Assembly (NCBI RefSeq): GCF_006345805.1
Contig: NC_043001.1
Span: forward strand, 11,594,001-11,658,000
Direction of reading: 5' to 3'
Source: Octopus sinensis
Taxonomy: Eukaryota
Length of the DNA stretch: 64,000 bases
This document shows, piece by piece, positions 13,303-26,192 of this stretch (the stretch's first letter is position 1; each line of letters begins with the position of its first letter). Under the pieces are notes generated by a model. That model searched no databases. It had not been told where the DNA came from and saw nothing but the letters and a program-made list of their open reading frames with translations. The position numbers and the translations under genes were made by a program.

Positions 13303-13924
13303 TCTTTAGCTTCCGTCAGTCATTAAACTGTGGCCAGGCTGGGTCATCGCGTTCAATATGTTTAGTGGAATGAATCGGTCCCTATACTTATTTTTCTTCA
13401 AGCAGAGTACTTATTCTATCGGTCTCTTTTGGCGAACCAAACATTACGGGGACGTAAACACAGCAACAAAAAGGGCGTGGAGGGGACAAATACAGACACA
13501 AAGACACAAGCACAAAACAAACATATACCTATTTCTTTATTACCCACAAGGGGCTAAACATAGAGGGGACAAACAAGGACAGACATGGGTATTAAGTTGA
13601 TTATATCAACCCCAGTGTGTAACTGGTACTTAATTTATGGACCCCGAAAGGATGAAAGGCAAAGTCGACCAGGGCGTAATTTGAACTCAGAACGTAACGG
13701 CAGGCGAAATACGGCTACACATTTCGCCCGGCGTGCTAACGTTTCTGCCAGATCACCCTAACCCTAACCTCGCTTCAGTTTTCATCAACCAAATCTACTC
13801 ACAATGCTTTGGTCGGTTCAAGTCCATAGTAGAAGATACTTACCAAAGGTGCCACACAGTGGGATTAGACTCAGAACCATGGGTTTCGGATGCAAGCTTT
13901 TTACCATTGCTACATTACACCTGC
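13303..13924 (-). mobile_element. Old SINE B with a nested SINE A (13527-13750, minus) at its microsatellite
   Basis: Degenerate B halves flank a younger A copy. Confidence 0.7.
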
Positions 13925-14101
13925 TCTAACTCACGATTAGAGCAGATTTCTTTAACCCTACCTTCTTATCATGAACATAATATGAATTCACATGGATTTA
14001 ATGTATGTCCATAACGAATGAATAACTTCAGCAAAAAAATTGTTGTTGTTTTTATCTTTGTTTTGCTACCGCGGTAAGGTTATTAATAAAAGTTCTTAAT
14101 A

Positions 14102-14530
14102 GGCGCAGGAGTGGCTGTGTGGTAAGTAGCTTGCTAACCAACCACATGGTTCCGGGTTCAGTCCCACTGCGTGGCATCTTGGGCAAGTGTCTTCTACTAT
14201 AGCCCCGGGCCGACCAATGCCTTGTGAGTGGATTTGGTAGACGGAAACTGAAAGAAGCCTGTCGTATATATATATATATATATATGTATATAAGTGTGTA
14301 TGTATATGTTTGTGTGTCTGTGTTTGTCCCCCTAGCATTGCTTGACAACCGATGCTGGTGTGTTTATGTCCCCGTCACTTAGCGGTTCGGCAAAAGAGAG
14401 AGACCGATAGAATAAGTACTGGGCTTACAAAGAATAAGTCCCGGGGTCGAGTTGCTCGACTAAAGGCGATGCTCCAGCATGGCCGCAGTCAAATGACTGA
14501 AACAAGTAAAAGAGTAAAAGAGTAAAGAGT
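14102..14530 (+). mobile_element. SINE family B, full length
   Basis: A box TGGCTGTGTGG, B box GGTTCAGTCCC, CORE-like block, (GTAAAAGA)n tail. Confidence 0.92.
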
Positions 14531-15206
14531 AATACCGACAGTACACAATCTTCCTATTGTAATCCTATACGTGTATTCTCTTGGCATCATGAAAAGGAAT
14601 GGCCGAACAGTACGCTCCATGATAATCTTTATAGTTTGTCTCTTAATACAACGTTTCCATATATTTTTTAGGGAAGATGAACGTAATTTTAATCATTCAC
14701 TGCTTCTTAATCACTTTAAACAAAGTTAAAATAGAAAGCCGGGCTGGGTTCACTAAGAACTCGCTTGCTTGAAGCTAGCATCAAACCGTATTTCAGGTAA
14801 GGATATCGCTAGTTACACTAAATAACATTTGCTCTCTACTGTTTTTCAAAACAAATTACCGATTCGGTTCCCGTTACGTTTCCTGAAAATAAAAATTTGG
14901 TTTTGATATAGTTCATGGAATTATAATTATGAGTTTTCTTCGTTCCGTTGGAGATTTTAGGATGCTATGGAGTTTGATATTATCATTTGACATTTCGTAG
15001 TTTGGCTTAAATTCCAAATAAGTGCACATGCATCCAGATATGCTCTTACTAATTTGTGAATACCAATTTCACCTTTAAGAATATAGACTTTAGATGGCTG
15101 CTCGATTCGTAAACAAGTCTAAGTAGAGTGTAACGCTTCGGTTTCAGAACATGCTTACATTTTCCGGACTGCTTATATTGCCCCGTTGCTCTTCTTTTAT
15201 TCTTCA

Positions 15207-15719
15207 CTAGCAGTATCGCCCGGCGTTGCTCGGGTTTGTAAGGGAAATAACTATATAAGCATTTTTAGAGAGTTACTTCCCTTATAGATGCCAATTCGGG
15301 CTTTCTTAGCCATTTCTGTTTTGGTGTCTTCAAGCCATGAAGTCGTTGTTCTAAAAGAACGCTGGTCTCCTTGACAACGCTTTACGACGTTGATTTCCTT
15401 ACACTCCCTTCCCCACAGCTTCACGAGGGAGGGAAGAAGGGGGAGAAGCAAACAGGTGCAGGTGTGACCATGGACGCCAACTCCGCCGCCATCGACACAC
15501 GAAAAATTATGCATTAAAATGGAATAAAAAATTATGTTAAATTATTTTTAAAATCGTAGACTCATCGTAGATGCGCGCTAATACTCAGACGGGCTCGATA
15601 TGAATCACGACTATAAGATACCCGAATTTGGTTAAACTGCACCGCAAAATGTGGGAGTAGTTAGGAATCTAAATCGAAGGGGACAGACACTCACACAACT
15701 ACAGTTTTATATATATAGA
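15207..15719 (-). mobile_element. Non-autonomous Helitron
   Basis: Minus strand starts TC, ends CTAG with subterminal hairpin CCCGAGCAACGCCGGG; inserted between A and T with no TSD. Confidence 0.85.
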
Positions 15720-15720
15720 T

Positions 15721-16050
15721 ATTTTACTTGTTTCGGTCATTGGACTGCAGCTATGTTGGGGCACATTCTTGAAGGATTTATTTGAATATGTTGACCACAG
15801 TACTTATTCTGTTGGTCTCTTCTACTAAACCAGTAAGTTACAGAAATGGAACATAAACAAACCAACAGAAGCGACGAAGAATAAGCACAAATACAAGGTC
15901 GCATACACTCACATGTTCAACGGGCTTTCACTCAATTTCCATCGACCAAAGTTACTTACAAAGCATAGCATTCAATGGGCCGCGCATCGGTACTGAACCC
16001 AAAACCACGTGCTTGTAAAGCAAGCGTCTTAACCACATATCCATCTCTGC
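15721..16050 (-). mobile_element. Degenerate SINE B
   Basis: Recognisable 3' tail and head remnants. Confidence 0.6.
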
Positions 16051-16067
16051 ACATGTCACCATATTTC

Positions 16068-16279
16068 GGCGAGCTGATAAAATCGTTAGTACGCCGGGCA
16101 AAATGTGTAGCCGTTACATTCTGAGTTCAAATTCCGCCGAGATCAACTTTGCCTTTCATCCTTTCGGGGTCGATAAATTAAGTACCAGTTACACACTGGG
16201 GTCGATGTAATCGACTTAATTCGTTTTTCTGTCCTTGTGTGCCCCCTCTATGTTTAGCCCCTTGTGGGTAATAAAGAAA
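16068..16279 (+). mobile_element. SINE family A monomer
   Basis: Head-core-tail 1 match. Confidence 0.85.
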
Positions 16280-16677
16280 CACATATTTCTGTTCAAATAA
16301 ACTTCCTTTGTTTTAATAAAATTTGATAATAATTATAAATCAATAATACATTTGTCATACTAAGAAATTGTATGGAATGTAAATTAACATGGTAAATTAT
16401 AAATCCAGGTCCCTTTAGAACAGGTACTGTGAATCCTAGAATCAGGGGTTATAGGTGAGTTGATATCACAAGGGTTAATATATGGAAAAAAAGCACACCA
16501 ATAGTTAACACCCATATAGTTCACAGGGTTTGGCCTGTTCCAAAATGTATTATTTCACCGGATTCAACTGGTGCCACCCAGGGTAATTATTTCTACGGGT
16601 TTCACTCGATGTTGTTGATACCACAATTCAGTTATTTCAGATTAGTAATGTTTATCTGTAGCTTTCGAATGGATACA

Positions 16678-17400
16678 TTTTGGTGCACAAGAGAACCCAG
16701 AAAGAAGTATTGTTTCAAAATGTCATGTTCTATTGTCTGTTGACATCGTTATGCCAAAAGCTCAATTCTACACTCATACTACTGGACTGGTTTAGAGACA
16801 AAATCATATTGTGCAAACTCTCAGCATCGTCCATGTTGTGGAATCTATGGATGTACAAGAAACGATTCGGCCAAGGCGGCAGTCCGATAGTGCAAGTTCT
16901 GGACTGTAGACAAAGTAAAGTAGCACTTCCAGCTCCTCGCGTTAATCATGTTTGCGGTTTTCGCATTGCAGTGTGTGCTGGAGCATTGTCATGCTGTACG
17001 AGTGTGCACAAAAGACAAATGCTGAGCGTAGGGCTTTCAAAGCATCATATAACCACTGCCGTTGCTGAGTATAACGTTTAGCATTCACAGCATAACCATT
17101 TGGAACAAGCTCCAAGTGCAGCAACCCGTCGAAATTCCACCTCTTCAAATCACCCTTGCTTCGCAGAGTCCATTCACAAGACCGAGCTTTTGGAAATGGC
17201 GACTGTTAGAGCTTTATGAAAAACCATGTTCTGCCGACAATGTACGAATGCTTGTGTTTGTCACTTTTCCCAACAGAAGGCCTCTCTGACCTTCGTTTGA
17301 CTTCGAGCTATGTGTCAACTTATTTGAAATACTTTAGCCAGTTTTGTACCACACGTCTCTTAACAGTCTCTAGGCTTTTAAAATCATGAATTTAATTTCT
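16678..17400 (-). pseudogene. mariner transposase remnant (catalytic/C-terminal part)
   Basis: WNFDGLLHLELVPNGYAVNAKRY and frameshifted HDNAPAHT motifs. Confidence 0.8.
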
Positions 17401-17527
17401 TTTTCCGCTATCCTTTCACCCCGTTTTTGTTTCGAAAATTTGCTTATAATGGCTCTAATTGCAAGATTTTCACCACTCTCTATCAAAGCAGCAAAATAAA
17501 GAATTAACAATTAATGTTTAAATGCTA

Positions 17528-18375
17528 TACAAGGTACGTCCAAAAGGTATCCGACTGTATTTTTCCTGCCAGAGCTAATGTCACATTGGCAAAATCTTTT
17601 GGATAGGAGGTAGCACCACCTTTCTTGCGCGTGCTTGAAAATATGTGCCCCGGCGGGCCGCCTCAGTTTCCAGTTTGTACGTTATCTACAGTACAGACGT
17701 GTAGATGGCGTTCATCGGATTTCCTTTTTGATTGAAACATCAGAAGAGATATTGTCAAAATTTGGGTGAAACTCAACCTCAAACTATCCAGATGATTCAG
17801 CAGGCCCTTGGACAAAACTCAGACCCAGGTCTTGAACAATTGGCTCAGATATGGTCGCAGCTCAGTGGAGAGCGAGGTAAATGCAGTGAAAACAAGGAAT
17901 CGGCTGAGATTTTGTGAATATTCATGGAAGACTGTAGGGGTAATTGTTCAGGGAGTATGAATAAGAGCTGGATCAGTGCATTTCTTTCTAATGGAGGATA
18001 TTTGCATGCGGTGAGTGTCGACGAAATTCGTTCGCTTGGTGCTGGAGGAGCACCAGATGCAACTCCTCATGAAAATCTCTCAGACCATGACGGACCCAAA
18101 CACTATGAATACCATCGTCACAAGTGATGAGACATGGATTTATGGTATCTGCATGATGCCATCTCTCATCTTGCGTGTAAACGAAGATCTGATAGCTACA
18201 CTCTAAATGTCTGTACTCTAGGTTTAATAGCCAGGAGCTGATTCGTACTACTGGCCCGAAGATTTTCACGGATGCGCAATAAGAAGAGCATTATCTCCTA
18301 ACCCAAGATTTTGCCTACCCGGCATTATTTTTGAGGGGGGAAATGCATTCGGAGACTTTTTGTATGCATCGCGTA
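17528..18375 (+). mobile_element. mariner element, internally deleted and decayed
   Basis: About 70%-matching TIRs with TA ends; CQNLGETQPQTIQMIQQALG and TIVTSDETWIYG (TxDETW) motifs. Confidence 0.85.
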
Positions 18376-19286
18376 TATGAGAATAAAAGGGACAATTCAG
18401 CAACGATCGAACAAGTGTTATCAAATTAATTATATAAGATGGCGATAGAAGTTGCGAAAGGTCATTAGTGAAACTCCAGTAAAGCATTTGACTATATATG
18501 TGTGTGCGTGTGTCTGTGTGTGTGTGTGCCTGTGTGTGTGCGTGTGTCGCTATGTGGGTTTTTGAGTGTGTATGCGTGTGTGTACATATGCACATATAGC
18601 GCATGATACATATAGACAAAAGATACACACACGCACACACACACAAGCACGCAGACACACAAAAAACATGTCTATCCAAAGCTGATACGAGTGAGACTGA
18701 ACCCGGAACCATGTGGTTGGTTAGCAAGCTACATACCACACCGCCACTCCTGCGGTATTGTATATATTTAATCAACACAATGAGCTTTTTCCAAGCGGGA
18801 ATATTTGTCTGAACGTGTTTGTATGTATGTATATATATATATATATATATATATGAATTATTTTATAATTATATACATAATTATAACATTATAACAAGGA
18901 GTCAGCTTTATGCTTCGCCACGTACCGATTGAAATTAGACGCTAAAGTCTTTTTTACTACCATAAAATCTCCGAGAAATATTTCGTCCTTGTTTTCGTAT
19001 ACATTCGCTTGCTTTTTGGCTTTTCGCTAAGATCAAAGTGTAGTATACATTCGCTTAAATTTTTCTTGGTGCTGGCCAGATTGGAGCAGTCTTGAGTATA
19101 ACCAGCGGAAACTGCTGAGAAGATATGGAACTCGACTGAGGATAGAAAACTGCGAATGACACCTCTTTGTTTTTTCCTACCTCTTTTTGCATTGTCTGTC
19201 TGGATACTTTGTTGTCGCCTGTTGCTTTCTTGTTCCATGTTTTGTATTCTTCTTTATCCATAATATAACGGTGCACATACACTATT

Positions 19287-19319
<33 letters not shown>

Positions 19320-19334
19320 ATATATATATATATA

Positions 19335-19367
<33 letters not shown>

Positions 19368-19373
<6 letters not shown>

Positions 19374-19468
19374 ATCACGTGACCGACCAGTCCATCAGAT
19401 GTAGTTACACATCGCTGGTCACAATGCGTTTTGCATTGTTTTAGCCTTCGAAATACGCCACCCCGCTG
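19368..19468 (-). mobile_element. Isolated SINE C3 3' tail
   Basis: Matches 50181-50290 and 61632-61752; ends in (TCACGTGA)2 next to (TA)n. Confidence 0.75.
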
Positions 19469-19726
19469 ATTGTGTTTGTGTCTGTGAGTGTGTGTGTTTG
19501 AGCGTATGTTACTCACGTTATCAAAGATACACATGCATCTACACAAACTCTGGAAAGTAGCAAATACGCTGAAGATCCAAATTATACAATTATCGCAGCA
19601 GCTGCAATTTTGCAAAGTATTTACAATTTGCTTATACTTGGTTAATTTACACAGCATACAAAAATATACATATACTAAATACATACAGCCTCTTAGAAGA
19701 ATAGAGATCAATTTATTTATTTTTTC

Positions 19727-20085
19727 TATGGTTCCGGATTCAGTCCCACTGCGTGGCATCTTGGGCAAGTGTCTTCTGCTATAGCCTCGGGCCAACCAAA
19801 GCCTTGTGAGTGGATTTGGTAGACGGAAACTGAAAGAAGCCCGTCGTATATATGTATATATATGTATATATATATATGTGTGTATGTTTGTGTGTCTGTG
19901 TTTGTCCCCCTAGCATTGCTTGACAACCGATGCTGGTGTGTTTAGGTCGCCGTCACTTAGCGGTTCGGCAAAAGAGACCGATAGAATAAGTACTGGGCTT
20001 ACAAAGAATAAGTCCCGGGGTACAGTTGCTCGATTAAAGGCGGTGCTCCAGCATGGCCGCAGTCAAATGACTGTAACAAGTAAAA
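19727..20085 (+). mobile_element. SINE family B, 5'-truncated
   Basis: Starts inside the head; complete 3' end. Confidence 0.88.
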
Positions 20086-20199
20086 GATTAAAAGAATAAT
20101 ATACTGTTTAAAATATTGAGAAAAAAACATGCTACCAAAGGTAAAACGTAATCTCTCCAGAAACACCTGTAAAGCAAGGAGGAGTGCAGAAAACCGAAG

Positions 20200-20490
20200 G
20201 GGAGAGTCTCAAGAGATAAAGGAAACGAGACTTTCTGAACGTTAGCAAAGGCATGCTGTCGCACGTCAAATGGAATCTCAATACAGAAGCGACACGACAT
20301 TTTCCAAAATCTCTAAACGCATGCTGTACTACGTCAAATACAGCGTCGACAGAGGAAGGAGAGAATTCCTCAACATCAGCAAAAGCATGCGGCAGTACGT
20401 CTGATGGAGTCCTAAGACAGAAGGAACATGAGACTTTCGCAAGAGATTTTGGAGGTGAGACTTTCTTAAGATCAGCAAAGGCATGCTGCA
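20200..20490. repeat. Degenerate ~63-69-bp minisatellite (4-5 units)
   Basis: Recurring (C/T)AGCAAAGGCATGCTG..CGTCAAAT..ACAGAAG motif. Confidence 0.6.
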
Positions 20491-20577
20491 TCTTTTAATG
20501 CTGAACATTAAAGCAACATTTGGCACGCCACATTATACAGAAGTCCAATAATAGTAGCTCTCCAAAAGAGACCACGT

Positions 20578-20632
<55 letters not shown>

Positions 20633-20634
20633 TA

Positions 20635-20684
20635 TATAATCAAAATAAGCAACAAGGATATCCTTGTTGCTTATTTTGATTATA
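20635..20684. repeat. Perfect 50-bp spacer-less palindrome
   Basis: TATAATCAAAATAAGCAACAAGGAT|ATCCTTGTTGCTTATTTTGATTATA. Confidence 0.95.
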
Positions 20685-20778
20685 ATCACCCTATTTGATT
20701 TATATGGATAATACAATACCAAATTGTGGTGCCTTTAACTTTAGTACCATATTCATCTGAATCTAAATTTTTGCTGAA

Positions 20779-21178
20779 CTTATATACACACACACACATA
20801 TCCTTGTTTCTCTCCTTGTTTTATTTCTCTCCTTGTTTTACCTCTCTCCTTGTTTTTTTCTGTGTATCGTTCTGTCGAAGAGCGTAGGCTCGAAACGTTA
20901 AAGACTTTTTCTATTCCTGAGCGCAATACTAATACATTTGTTTGTTTGCACTCCACCTGCCTTCGTCTTTTTTTTTATTTTCGCCATGATAGATCGTTAG
21001 CTACTACACTCATTTTTTTTCTCTCCTTGTTTCTCTCCATGTTTTTTTCTGTGTATCTTTCTGTCGAAGAGCATAGGCTCGAAAGTTTTTCTATTCCTGA
21101 GCGTTATACTAATACATTTGTTTGTTTGTACTCCACCTACCTTCGTCTTTTGTTTATTTTCCTAAACCTTCCCTTTAT
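20779..21178 (+). mobile_element. Two tandem copies of PLE-type terminal repeat family D (minimal HHR-like motif)
   Basis: CTGTCGAAGAGCGTAGGCTCGAAAC motif; ends CTTCCCTTTATAT in (TA)n; homologous to 31167-31378 and 32990-33118. Confidence 0.7.
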
Positions 21179-21215
21179 ATTATATATATATATATATATA
21201 ATATATATATATATA

Positions 21216-21251
<36 letters not shown>

Positions 21252-21583
21252 TGAATATGTGTGTGTAAGATTGGATTTATAGTCATAAGAATATAACGAC
21301 CCACAGAAACACACGTACACGGATATGCACATACATATTTGCATTGAAATGCACCTGTACAAACAATGTATGAAATTATGTATGTTTGCAAGGCAAGCGT
21401 CTTTCCGTTTTTAATATTTTTAATGTAGAGCGAATTTTTACTAGTCACCTACTTGCTATTAAATTTGAAAAAGTAAAGTACCTTGGTTTGTACGTACGTA
21501 AGCATGTATGCATGTATGTATATATATATATATAGAGGATAAAAATTTTCGAAAAAATTTTATCAATGGCCTTGTTTATAAGT

Positions 21584-21643
<60 letters not shown>

Positions 21644-21946
21644 GTATAATTGCATTCATGTGTGTGTATCTATGCAAACCAATTAGGTAACTGAAATTTT
21701 GCATAGCGAAGCACAATTTGAAAAGAAGGTGATATGGTGACTTAATTCTCTAAAGGTTAAAAAAAGGAATGATATTTATGTTTTAATGAAAAAAAAAAGC
21801 ACTTTACGTTATTCATAATGAAAAATATAAGTTATTGGAAAATAATGTTATTTTTGTTGAGTGATAATGTATATTAGCACAGCATTTTAAATGAAATCAT
21901 ATATGTACCGAAAAAAGATAAAAGGAGGAAATATTAGATGAGACTA

Positions 21947-22109
21947 GGCGCAGGTGTGGCTGTGTGGTAAGTAGCTTGTTTACCAACCATATGGTTCCGG
22001 GTTCAGTCACACTGCGTGGCACCTTGGGCAAGTGTCTTCTGCTATAGCCTCGGGCCGACCAAAGCCTTGTGAGTGGATTTGGTAGACGGAAACTGAAAGA
22101 AGCCCGTCG

Positions 22110-22145
<36 letters not shown>

Positions 22146-22383
22146 ATATATATGTGTGTGTGGGGGGGGGGGGGGTTGTGCGTCTGTGTTTGTCCCCCTA
22201 GCATTGCTTGACAACTGATGCTGGTGTGTTTATGTCCCCGTTACCTAGCGGTTCGGCAAAAGAGACCGATAGAATAAGTACTGGGCTTACAAAGAAAAAG
22301 TCCCGGGGTCGATTTGCTCGACTAAAGGTGGTGCTCTAGCATGGCCGCAGTCAAATGACTGAAACAAGTAAAAGAGTAAAAGA
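21947..22383 (+). mobile_element. SINE family B flanked by a 42-bp direct repeat
   Basis: Full length; flanks 21905-21946 and 22384-22425 match at 38/42. Confidence 0.9.
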
Positions 22384-22743
22384 GTACCGAAAAAAGCTAA
22401 AAGAAGGAAATATTAGGTGAGAGTATATTTTTCGTATTGTATTTGTTTGTTTGTTGTGGTTGCTACGAATCTCATATTGAACTCACTTCTGAATTGTTTC
22501 GATTTAAATCGCAACCTTCCTTACCAACTGGCAGCATCTTTGAAAGCAGTCTGTAACAAATTATAGTGAAATATCGTAATTAATAATAATCAACTCCAGC
22601 AAGACTTGCTACTGCTTCAAATTAATAAGTAAACAAATTAACGAATCACTAAATTATCTAATCGTCAACGCAAGTTAAATTACTAAATATTTTTTTTTCA
22701 TTATCGTTTGTGAACCAGAATACATGAGTGTGTGTGTGTGTGT

Positions 22744-22837
<94 letters not shown>

Positions 22838-23161
22838 GTGTGTGTGTGTCTTCATTTTACCAAACAAATAACGTTATCGTCACAGTAAAGTGATAACACT
22901 TAAAAGGTTTATGTAATTATTCATCAGCGATATTCAAGCCTGAAACAAACGGTTCAATATGATATAATTAATATAAAATATTGCACAAATGTGAAAGGCA
23001 GGCAAAATATTTTAAGTGTGAAGCGTGCTGCAGAAATTAATGACTTTTTGCTTGTTTGGTCTGTTCGTTTTGTTATATGGTTAGAGTAAAACACCGCTTT
23101 GATTTATTTATGCGTACGGAGAATAAGTGTTGTAAGAATTTCTTTAGCCAAAAAAATGGAG

Positions 23162-23203
<42 letters not shown>

Positions 23204-23953
23204 TGCGTGTGTATTTGCGTGTGCTCTTGTGCATATGTGCGTATGCGTGCGTGTATGTGTATATGTAGCTTCAGAGATTCGTGTGGCTATCACAGAAAGC
23301 TCTGTTTATAGACTCAGCTAACAGTTGCCACAGTAATCCGATGCAAAGACGTGTAACGTAGTGTATCTATGCGACTGAAATCCAGAAAATGCGATCGATG
23401 AGATTATTCAATGGGGAGTACATAAAGAGCAAAAGGTAGGTAGTATGAGTTGTGAATATTTATAGGTATATTTATTTAACCGTGTGACGACGTTAGGTTT
23501 ACAACCGTTTCACAACCATTTTCATGTAGCATTAATTTCTTGCAGAATAAATTATGCATACACGTTTGCGTTAACGTGCATGCCCAGCAATGTTCAGCAT
23601 AACTTTGGATTGACAAATCAATGCAAATTAAAAAGCTGGTTTCTTTCTGCACTGAAATTAATACTACATGAAGGAGTAGCGAAACGGCCGTAACCCTAAA
23701 GATACCACATCGTTAAATAAAGATGTATGCACCTCCCATACCTTCTGACATTTATGGTTTACACATTCACACACAAAACACACTCACACACACACTTACG
23801 CACACATATAAGCTTAGCCGTCATTTGCAAAGCAAGCATGTCCGGGTACCATGTTTTGTACGACACTTTGTTAATTGTTTTCACTAATGACATAATTGCG
23901 TTCAGACAGAAGCATCTTTCAGAAATACTCACATTTTACCCAGCTGAAATTCA

Positions 23954-24278
23954 TGAACAGCCTGCTCATGAAATTAACGTGCAGGTGGCTGAGCACGTCA
24001 CAGACATGTGTACCCTTAACACAGTTGTCAAGGAGGTGCAGCGTGACACAGAGTGTGACAAGGCTGGCTCTTTGAAATACAGGTACAACAGAAACAGAAA
24101 GAAAGTTTGAGAGAAAGTTATGGGTGAAGAGTACAGCAGAGTTCTCCACTACCTACTGCCGGAGCCTTGTGGAGCTTTACGTGTTTCGCTCAATAAACAC
24201 TCGTAACGCACGGTTTGGGAATCGAAACTGCGATCCCACGACCGTGAGTCCGCTACCCTAACCACTGGGCCATTGCGC
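23954..24278 (-). mobile_element. SINE family C (older copy, 3' end lost)
   Basis: Head and body match the C1 copies. Confidence 0.8.
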
Positions 24279-24693
24279 AGTTTTGAGAAGTAGCTTATTA
24301 ATCTAACAACAAGTTTTTGCTTACGCCTAAAAATATTTTAACGGTTCCAGCTTTATAATTTTTACTACAATGAGGTGGTTTTGACTAAACGACCACATAA
24401 TGACAATCCCGACTTCTTTAAGGGGTCATAAACGCTACATGTAGCAGATTAGACTTTTGTATTAGACATGTGATGAATAAAAGTGCTGGTAGCATCTATT
24501 TTGATATTAGTTGTAGTTTATAATCTGAACATGCAGATTAAACAACTCACATGCTTTACTAGTAAGTTTGTTTCCTACGATGGCGCTTCTATAAAATAAG
24601 GTCGTATGATTCTGCTTAAAACACCAATTAAATTTTCCACACTCCAAAGCCAATCGTTTTATAAAATCAAATAATCTTTAGATTTTATTTACC

Positions 24694-25069
24694 CTAGCAG
24701 TATCGCCCGACGTTTCTCTGGTTTGTTTCGACCCTTTAGAATTGGAATTTTGGAAAAGTAAAAGTTTTGCACTATGTAGCTTGTTATTCTATTTAAGTGA
24801 ACAGGCTTCTGGTTGAAATACACCGAAAAATGGCGACACAGCAGTCAAAATATCGTTAAAAAATCACCTTTTTGATGTAAATAATTTTTGGTGTTAACAT
24901 GGTCTGATTTGAATTTTTTTCTTCTACGGAAGGAAGAGCAAGCCTTCTTCTATCATACTCTCAATTTTGGTCAACTTGCGCCGCAGGGTCTCGGAGGAGA
25001 TAGTGTTAGTTGAAGGCTACCAAACCTGCCATACACAGACAACTTCAGCTTTATAGAGAGAGAGATAGA
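24694..25069 (-). mobile_element. Non-autonomous Helitron (termini like 15207-15719, different interior)
   Basis: Plus strand CTAGCAGTATCGCCCG.. at the left end and ..CAGCTTTATAGAGAGAGAGATAGAT at the right. Confidence 0.75.
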
Positions 25070-25134
25070 TTGGTACACTTTATTTGGAAAAGAAAGTCTG
25101 GTAAAGAAGAGAATGATCTATATCTCTTTCTCTC

Positions 25135-25537
25135 TTTTTTCTCTTTTACTTGTTTCAGTCATTTGACTGCGGCAATGCTGGAGCACCGCCTTTAGTCGAG
25201 CAAATCGACCCCGGGACTTATTTTTTGTAAGCCCAGTACTTATTCTGTCGGTCTCTTTTGCCGAACCGCTAGGTGACGGGGACGTAAACACACCAGCATC
25301 GGTTGTCAAGCAATGCTAGGGGGACAAACACAGACACACAAACATATACATACACATACATACATATATATACATATATACGACAGGCTTCTTTCAGTTT
25401 CAGTCTACCAAATCCACTCACAAGGCATTGGTCGGCCCGGGGCTATAGCAGAAGACACTTGCCCAAGATGTCACGCAGTGGGACTGAACCCAGAACCATG
25501 TGGTTAGTAGGCAAGCTACTTACCACACAGCCACTCC
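25135..25537 (-). mobile_element. SINE family B, near full length
   Basis: Matches the consensus of the other copies. Confidence 0.9.
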
Positions 25538-25807
25538 TGATGAATTTTCTCGATTAAAGCTAGACTAAGCTCTACGCCATCAATATCGTTTATGATACTA
25601 CGAATTGAACTGAGAAAGAAAACCATTAGGCACAAAACATTAAACGAAATAAATTCTATTCGATAAGTATTTGAGGCAATGCATGTACTTCTTCCGCCAA
25701 GACCGCCGATAACAATACTTTACTGACCATCAGGGTCGCTGAAGTTTCAAGTTTTGGCTTAAGGTTAGAAATCGCAAAATGAGTGTTTATTCAATTACAT
25801 CGACCCT

Positions 25808-26192
25808 AGTGGAGGCGCAATGGCCCAGTGGTTAGCGCAGCGGACTCGCGGTCATAGGATCGCGGTTTCGATTCCCAGACCGGGCGTTGTGAGTGTTTAT
25901 TGAGTAAAAACACCTAAAGCTCCACGATGCTCCGGCAGGGGATGGTGGTGATCCCTGCTGTACTCTTTCACCACAACTTTCTCCCACCCTTACTTCCTGT
26001 TTTTGTTGTACCTGTATGTCAAAGGGCCGGCCTTGTCCCTATCTGTGTCACGCTGAATATCCCTGAGAACTACGTTAAGGGCACACGTGTCTGTGGAGTG
26101 CTCAGCCACTTACACGTTAATTTCACGAGCAGGCTGTTCCGTTGATTCGGATCAACCGGAACCCTCATCGTCGTAACCGACGGAGTGCTTCC
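25808..26192 (+). mobile_element. SINE C1 nested in an old minus-strand SINE A (remainder 26205-26340)
   Basis: TSD ACATCGACCCT(A) at 25797-25807 and 26193-26203. Confidence 0.9.

Noticed and set aside
13756-13770. (CCCTAA)2.5 telomere-like repeat
   Set aside because: Too short; compatible with chance or microsatellite drift.
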